Source: the human T2T-CHM13v2.0 reference genome, Homo sapiens
NCBI RefSeq assembly: GCF_009914755.1
Contig: NC_060925.1
DNA: 64,000 nucleotides
Reading direction: 5' to 3' (one strand)
The stretch's first letter is position 1. The number at the start of each line of letters is the position of its first letter. Positions 55,293 through 64,000 of this stretch are shown here, piece after piece. The notes under the pieces were generated by a model. That model was not told where the DNA came from. It worked only from the letters and a program-made list of their open reading frames with translations, and ran no database searches. A program made the position numbers and the translations under genes.

Positions 55293-58200
55293 GTGGGTGA
55301 CTCGCGCGGCCCACGGGGGACAGCCGCCCCGCATGTCCACCCGGCTGGTGCGCAGCCTTCGGGTGCCCGGGCCGCGCTCTCCCGGGGCGCTGTCACGGGC
55401 TGGGAGGCTGGGAGTCCCAGTCGCCGCCCCCCATCCGCATCAGACACGCGCGCCTCTGGGGACCCGCTGGGGACTCCGGGCCCGGCACACGTGCGCTCGG
55501 GGCACAACTCTGGCCCCCGAAGCCCCTCTTACCCGCGTCGTGACAGGGGCGCACCCTGGTTCCTCCGCGAGCGCAGGCCGGGGCATTTGGGGCTGAGCAG
55601 CGGGTCCTGGGCAGACCCCCGCTAGACCCGGGACCCCTCTTCCCTCACCCCGGCGACTGCCGCGACAGCCCTTCCCTCCCACGCGGTGGAGAAGGGGCTG
55701 TGCCGGGGCGCTGCCCCACTGCCCACGCCGGGCACCCTCTTCAAAAGACTTCCTTTTCCTCTGGGCGACGGTTTTCCGATTTCTTAGAAATACCAGGGTC
55801 CTGTGTCTGAAGAGCAGGACCAGGTGTGTGTCAGGTCCACTGAGGGCACAGCTGGAGGGCGAGCTGCCTGTCTGCTTCCTCCGATGCGTCCGGGGGCTAC
55901 TGCAGAGTCTGTTTTCTGCGGCCTCTGGGGACAGGGCAAGCGAGGGAGGTCTGGGCTGGTAATCGAGCAAGGCAAATGAAGTCTCCGGGGGCCGCAGGAA
56001 AATGGAGACAGCAGAAACCCTAGGGCTCCTATTCAATATGAACGTCACTCCCACAGTAGCAACGGGCGTACAAGGGACTGTGCACCCTTTGCCTGTTTTT
56101 GACTGTCTCCTGGTCTGGTAACATAGGATAACCCCATTTTTGTTTTACTGTCTCCATGGTTTGGTAAGATAAGATAAACCATTTTTTAGAGAAGGAAAAC
56201 TGAGGCTCAGAGAACTTGTATTTCATGGAAGGGTCTGGGGGGAACTCTTCCTCCAAAGGGGGCCTCTCCTGCCTTCGGCCCCTGTGCCCTGAGGCTGCGG
56301 GGAAGGTGGGCGTTCATCCTTCCTCAGAGCCGCCCCTGATGGACACATGGCCCATCTGCCCCCATCTGACATCTTGACCGAGGAGGAAGGTGGGAGGTGG
56401 CACTGGCTTCTGTGGTGACATAAGGTGACTTGTTGATCTGAGGCCAGAGAGTCCAGTTCTTGTGGGTGGAAGATGGGGGCTGTCAGACTAGAATTGACTC
56501 ACCGACAGTGGGTGTCAGGAGTGGGTCCTGGAGAACTGCCCCAGAGTAAGTCCTGGGTGGCCTTTGGGTCAGGAGAGTCCCCACTCTAGGGCCGAGTGTG
56601 AATGGGGACGACCGTGGTCCCCAGCTTGACTTTGGGGTCATGCCATATACTCTGGCCTCAGAGGGGGTCTTCCTGCCGCTGAGCTTGGGCCTGCCTGGGT
56701 GAACTCTGGGGTCATGTGAGCCCCTGGATGGGAGAGGGGTGTCAGGCACAGGGCTCAGCAGGACACCAGGCTGCAGTCCTGGAGTAGCTGGAGGAGGTTC
56801 CCTCCCACTTCCTTCCCTTCCTGACCAGCTCCTGCGGCAGCTCATATTCCCTCCTCCCTCATCCCTGCTCCCCACGACCCCACCCGGACTATTGCCGCAG
56901 CCTTGTAGCTGGTCTCCCGGCCCTGCCCCCTCTCCCGCTGATCCTTGGCAGAGAGACCCTTCTCAAGCATGAGGCACCTCTCTGTTTGCCTGGGGAGCCT
57001 CCTGTGGCTCCCAATGGTTGAGGCAGAAACTCCCCTGGAGATCCCAGGCCAGAGTAAGGTACCTGAACTCTTCCTTGCGCCTCCCTGCACATGTGCTCCC
57101 CCGCCTCTGTAGAACTGATGATGGTCATCGTGTGTGTCATTGTGCAAAAAGCATTGTCCGTGCCATCCCCTCTCCAAGGGACACTTCTTACCCCTATCCT
57201 TCAAGGCCTTCTGCAAATGCCATTCTCTCCAGGAAAGCCTTTCCGCATTCTCAGTTGGATTTGATCTTCTCTTCGAACTCCCAGGCCCTTTTGTTCCCTT
57301 TGAGGACAGATTGCATTCTGCTTTTTAATCTAGCTGTGTTTTATCCCCCTCAGTGGATGGAAGGTGTCTTCAGGGCCAGAACTGTGGGTTCCTCTTCCTT
57401 CTCATCAGTAGCATCGCCATAGCTCCTGATTTCTGAACACCCACTAAACACCAGGCACTGGGCTAGGTACTTTGTCACAAAATTTCACTGAAACCTCCCT
57501 TACAGCAACTCCCAAGAGGTGGGTGGTGCCGTTTGTCTTTAGAGATGTGGAAACTGAGGCGTTTCCCAGGATCACAGAGCTGGGGGCCGGGGAGCTGGGG
57601 GTGGGATTTGAATGCAGGTCTGCCTGATTCCCAAGCTCCTTTCACTGCACCCTCCCCGTGCCCGTATCTGCACTCATGCTCCCAGCCAGGCCCTCACACA
57701 CAGTGGGTTCTCAGGATGGAAGTCAACTGAGCTGCAGAAGAAGCCCCCAGGAGACCTGAGCTAGCCATGGACGCAGCCGACTCACTGCCAGCAGGGCTTT
57801 TGCCCCGTTTAAAAGTCTTATTTGCCAGCTGGTATGGAAAACATCATTCATTCATTTAGCCATTTATTCATTTGACAAAGAAATGCCAGTAAACCTGGCA
57901 GTAGGTGAGTGCTTGGTGCCCTCTGATGGGGATGAGCAGGGTCTGGGCTGTCTGGGGAGGAGGATGAGGGGTCTCTGCCTGATGGGCCTGGCCCACCTAC
58001 CCCTGGAAGTCTTGGTGCTGAGGTGCCACTATTTGCCTCCTCATCACCCAGGGCCTGGGGCCAGTTTGGGTTAGGGGAGAGGTTGGGGGCTCCCAGGCTG
58101 GATGTCAAAGAGGAGTTGGGTGATCTGGGGTACCTGCTGGCCCTGGGGGCTCTTCCCTCCTTCCACCACGTCTCTGTCTCTTTGCCCTCTGTCTGAAATC

Positions 58201-58794
58201 CCAGTGGGGACCCTGTGTGTTGACTGAGGGTGTGGTCTGTTGGTCAGGCACGTCTTCAGAGGGCAATGGGTAGGTGGCCAGGCACCCTGAGGCAGGGCCA
58301 TTCATTCATTCATTCATTCCCCAAAGTTCATGGACACACCTAGTCCAAGCCCAGCCCAGTGCCTGGCTCTGGGGACCTCAAGATGACTCCAGCTCCAATC
58401 CTCTAGGAGCTACACTACCAATAGGTCACAGACCTCACAGACCTGGGCTCTGTCCCAACTGCCCTTATGAGCTTAGCTGAGCTAGTAAGCCTATGTTCTC
58501 ATCTGTGGTTGTGGAAAGTATTCCCTGCCTGGCCTTTGTCACAGAGCCATGGGTGTGAAAGGCTGAGAACCTGCCGGGCATTCTTACGTCAGAGGTGACC
58601 CTGCCATCCTGGCACCTGGCACAGTGGCTCCCCGTAGCACTGTCCCTCCCCACGGCTGGGTGACGCTTTATGGTCCTTACTATGCAATGTTTTCTGGAGG
58701 AGTAGCAGGGACGGTTGTGCGTGGGAAGGGGAAGAGTTTTGCCGGAGCCATGGCATGTATGTTACACCCGACTCTACACCAACTCACTTCTTAC

Positions 58795-59451
<657 letters not shown>

Positions 59452-59764
59452 TAAGCCATGCTTTTCTGTCCTCAGATGTGCTGCACACACACCTGCTCCA
59501 GGGCCTTTGCACTTGCTTTCCCCATCACCTCCAATACTCCTCCTGCTGACGTCTCTTGGTCTCCTTCCCTCGCTTCCTTCTGCTGAAGTAGACAATCCTG
59601 CCTGTAGGTGCTCCCTGCCAGGCACTCTCACTCCCTGACCTGCTTTGTATTCCTGTATAATGCTCTTGACCTATTCTATTTATTTCACTTTTATTATGTC
59701 TTCCCACAAGATTGTAAGTACCGTGAGGACAGGGACTCATTCACCACTGTAGACTCTAGCCTAG

Positions 59765-59966
59765 AAGAGGGTTTTTCAGTCAGTGCCTCTGACTTTAATT
59801 CTTTGTTGTGGGGCTGTCCCGTGAGCTGTAGGATGTTTAGCGACATCCCTGGCCTCTACTTATTGGATGGCAGTAGCGCCACCCTCCCTCGTGACAAAAA
59901 TATCTCCAGATATTGCTAAGTGTCCTTTGGGGTTGGGGGATTGCCCCTGATTGAGAACCACTGGCC
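59765..59966. mobile_element. MER20 within an L2 remnant
   Basis: ccctggcctctac ... ttgagaaccactgg. Confidence 0.75.
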
Positions 59967-61908
59967 TAGGACAGTGCCTGGCACATAGTAAGTGTTCAAA
60001 AAATATTCATCTGACCTTGACCTTGATAATGGCCCTGTTTTACAGATGAGACGGGGGTTTGAAAAGTCAGTGGTGGCAGGGTGGGGTTCTGTTTGCCTCC
60101 ATCTCTTGGGGTATTTTTCTGGGCTCCTCTTCCCATTGAGTGGTGTCTGCTGAGGTTAGGGGTCCTCTCCCCAAATTGCTCACCCCCTCGACATCCCTCG
60201 TGTAGTGAGGGATGGGGCCACTCACTGACGGTGACTCAGGGCCCCAGAATGCATGTGATTTACCCAGAAGCGGGCAAGGAGGGAAGCTGGGGTTTGGGGT
60301 GCCGGGGATGAACAGGAACAAAGGAGAGGCGCTGTGGCTCCCCGTTCTGGACCCTCGTCTGGCCACAGGGAAGCAGCACTGATGACTCTGGGGAAAGGCC
60401 CCGGCCTCTGAATCAGATAAACCTCAAGTCGCTGCTCTGCTGTTTTACTGGCTGTGTGACCTGGGCAAGTCTTTCTATCCCTCGGAGCCTCTGTGTTCTT
60501 ATCTGTAAAATGGGAGTAATCCTAGCCTCACGGGCTGGCTGTCAGGATTAAAAGTGCTTTCTAATCCTGGCATTGGCAGCTATTTGAGCCATTGGTGGCT
60601 TTGCAGGTCTGACCCGACTCTCTGGGCCATGGGGTGGTGCTCGGGCCTAGGTGGGGACCCCTGTGGAGTCAGACTGTCTGCTCTGAGCCCCAGGGCCCTG
60701 AAGCTTGGGTGGCAGCCCTGCAGTTGCCCAGAGTTCCTGTCTAAGTGGCTTTGTTGCCCATCATCTCAGAAAGCAACTTCTTTCCTCCCTGCCTTTTCCT
60801 GTCTGTGCTTCTGCCCCAGTGCCCCCTGGCTGGGCTCTCAAACCCACTGCTTGACAGCCTGGTCTTAGGACACCGTATTGTGGCAAAGGCTGTGGGGTCA
60901 GGATATCCCCTCCCCTCCCTTTGCCACCCCTTTTAGTGAGTAACAGGTGCTGTGTGTTTTGGGGATGAGTGAAGGGTACATTTGGTGAAGCACAGAGAGA
61001 GTGCACAAGGCTTCAGTTTGCAAGATGGGCACGGGAAGATTCCAGGCCATCTCCAAAACCTCTTCCATCTCCAACCTCTGTGCTGCTGAAGGTTCTGTTT
61101 ACTTGTGACCCTGAGAAGGGGATGCCCTGTGGGGGCTCTTCTGAGATCATGCTGTCCATTTTCCTGCCTCCAAGTGACTTCTAAGACAGCATGGCTCTGA
61201 GGAAGGAGCACTGACTTGGGTGTTGGGAGATCACAGTTCCCATCTGAGCACCGTCACTGGCTTGCTGTGCTACCTTGCTTGGGTTACTTAACCTCTCTGG
61301 GCCTAAGCATCCCTATCTATGAAACCTAACAACCCTGGTTCCAATGCTTTCCTAGAATATTGGGGAAGTGTCGGCTTTGAGTATACTTGACAAAGGCCAC
61401 AGATTGGGGGTGGGGTATATAAAAGTCTACAGGAAGGAGAGCCCAGGACTCCCCACTGTCAATATCTTGGTTCCCCAGCTTCTCTTCTTCTTGCTGACCT
61501 CAATCTCACTTGCTTTGGGTGGATTGATTTCCTGACTCAGGCTCCAGGGCCATCAAGAATTCACGGCTGCCTTTCAGCCTTCATGAAGGACATGGTGGAG
61601 CTCCTTAGGCAGAACTGGGGTTTGTGGATGTCCTGCCTCTCTGCCCCTTGGTACCTAGGTGGCACCTTTTCAAGTTCGGGAGCTAGATCCTTTCCCCTTC
61701 CCCACACTGTAGGAAAGTCCTTACTGTAGGCAGGCGCTGCAGAGCCTGCTGTCTGGGAACCCACAGGTTCAAGGAAGCCTTGAGCAGGAAGGGCGTTTTC
61801 CTGGAAGAAGCCCTTTGTCGCCGGTAATGGGTGCAGGCTGCTCTGACCCGGTTCTGAGTCCTGCCCCCTTCCAGGCCTAGGGCTTTGGGCCTTGATCACC
61901 TCTGCTGA

Positions 61909-62703
<795 letters not shown>

Positions 62704-64000
62704 TGAAGAGTAGGAGGGGTTGGAATTGTCACCCTGGAGGTTCATGGTTGCTAGATTATTGATTCTGTTGCTGGATTCAGGAGACCTGTTAGCTGGCTAG
62801 TTCACAGCAAGTATTGGGTGTTTGGAGGGGGGCTGCAGAGCCCCTTCTCAGGACCCAGGAGGGCCAGCTGCCCTCCCTACCCCCTCTTTTGGACACTAGT
62901 GGGCATGTTCTGCTGGGAAAACAGACAGTGTAACCTGACTTCGAGGGCTGCAGGCTGAATCTCTTTCAGACGTACTGGCTCCTTGAGAGGCCTAGCAGAT
63001 CTCTACTCTGTGGGTCCCTTTCGGAGCTGGGGCTCAGGTTTGACCCAGCCACTCTGACCGGAGACAGCGCAGAAATCACCAGGAGCATTTGTTTGTTTTC
63101 CTTTGCTGTCCAGACAGTGGCCCACCGTCTGCTTCAGTCTGAGCGTGGCCCTGCACTAGTGAGACTGATGTGGCCACAGGTTCAGAGAATCAGTGCGCCT
63201 GAGTGGGAGAGCAGAGCGGGAGGGGATTTGGAGGCAGGCGGGCTGTGGACAGGGAGGGGGGAGGACATCTTCCGAGCTGTCAGCGGGAGGCCTTCTTGAA
63301 GGTCTTTCAGGAGCAAGGCCAGAGGCCGTGGGAGTGGGCGGGGCCTGGGGCTGGGAGTCAGGGGTCTGAGGCCTCATCTTGGCCCGGCCTCTGCTTCCGG
63401 GAGAACTTGGCCAATTCCCTTCTCCTTTCTGAACCTTGGTGGCCCCAGCTGTCACTTGAGATTAGCAAGGACCTCCCTGGTCCCAGCAGGAGTGAGTGGC
63501 TTTGGGCAGGGGGTGGAGTGCAGATTGCACTGCCACGTCACTCAGCTCAGAAGGCCCAGGTGTGGTCCAGCTGTGGACTTGATTGTGAACTCCTGGGGAA
63601 GGGCTCTGGTCCTTTGCCTCAGTTAGCGGGACCCCCACCAGTGCCCTGGGTGCCCCTGCTGGCCCCTCCTCTCGCTGACCCCAGCCCCAGTTTCTGGCTG
63701 CAACTCACAGAGGCCCCAGGCTCCTGTGGCCCCATCACCAGCAGCTCCTGCTGTCATTTCCTGAGCCTCGCAAGCCCCTAATCCTGCTCCTTCCTGTCCT
63801 GGCCCCCAGGTCCCTCAAGCCCCACTCCTGCATCCCATTCTCCCTGGACATCACCCCTCCCACCCCTTGGCTCAATTTCCTTCCTGTCGTGGCTTGGTCC
63901 TTTGGTCATTGCCCTGGTCTTTTCTTGTCCCCTTCCTGATTCTGCCCTTCTCCAGGCCCACACGGGGAACCTCCTAACCGCTGAGCCCTGAAAGGTAGGC

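Larger units (their letters stand above)
54940..55780. promoter_or_regulatory. CpG island / TATA-less promoter of TNFRSF1B with tandem GC boxes (55056-55076)
   Basis: High GC and CpG density; repeated CCCCGCCCC. Confidence 0.9.

Noticed and set aside
54795-55625. Long overlapping ORFs across the TNFRSF1B promoter
   Set aside because: Stop scarcity in a CpG island; the upstream in-frame ATGs (54894, 54981) precede the main TSS

Overview
Human-type primate DNA matching chromosome 1p36. It holds the 3' half of TNFRSF8 (CD30; coding exons 7-15 and 3'UTR, + strand, 40 to ~32342), about 22.8 kb of repeat-rich intergenic DNA, then the TNFRSF1B (TNFR2/p75) promoter, CpG island, exon 1 (ATG 55215) and the start of intron 1. 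Exon boundaries were placed from GT-AG sites and the recognised protein sequences. Repeats are dense: about 35 Alus plus MIR, L1M, L2, MLT1, MER5, MER20, MER91, MADE1 and SVA. Main observations: (1) a compositionally anomalous ~200-bp island carrying a 70-aa minus-strand ORF with signal-peptide features (51356-51568), plus several other short CpG-undepleted, hairpin-rich islands; (2) a three-level nested insertion, MADE1 > processed mRNA 3' end > truncated SVA; (3) an AluJ flanked by a ~212-bp direct duplication and followed by a 93-bp fold-back; (4) the Alu-derived alternative first exon of TNFR2; (5) a 164-nt TTC/TCCTTC tract ahead of a candidate Alu poison exon; (6) an old 145-bp intronic duplication. 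Repeat boundaries and subfamilies were judged by eye, and literature points are from memory.
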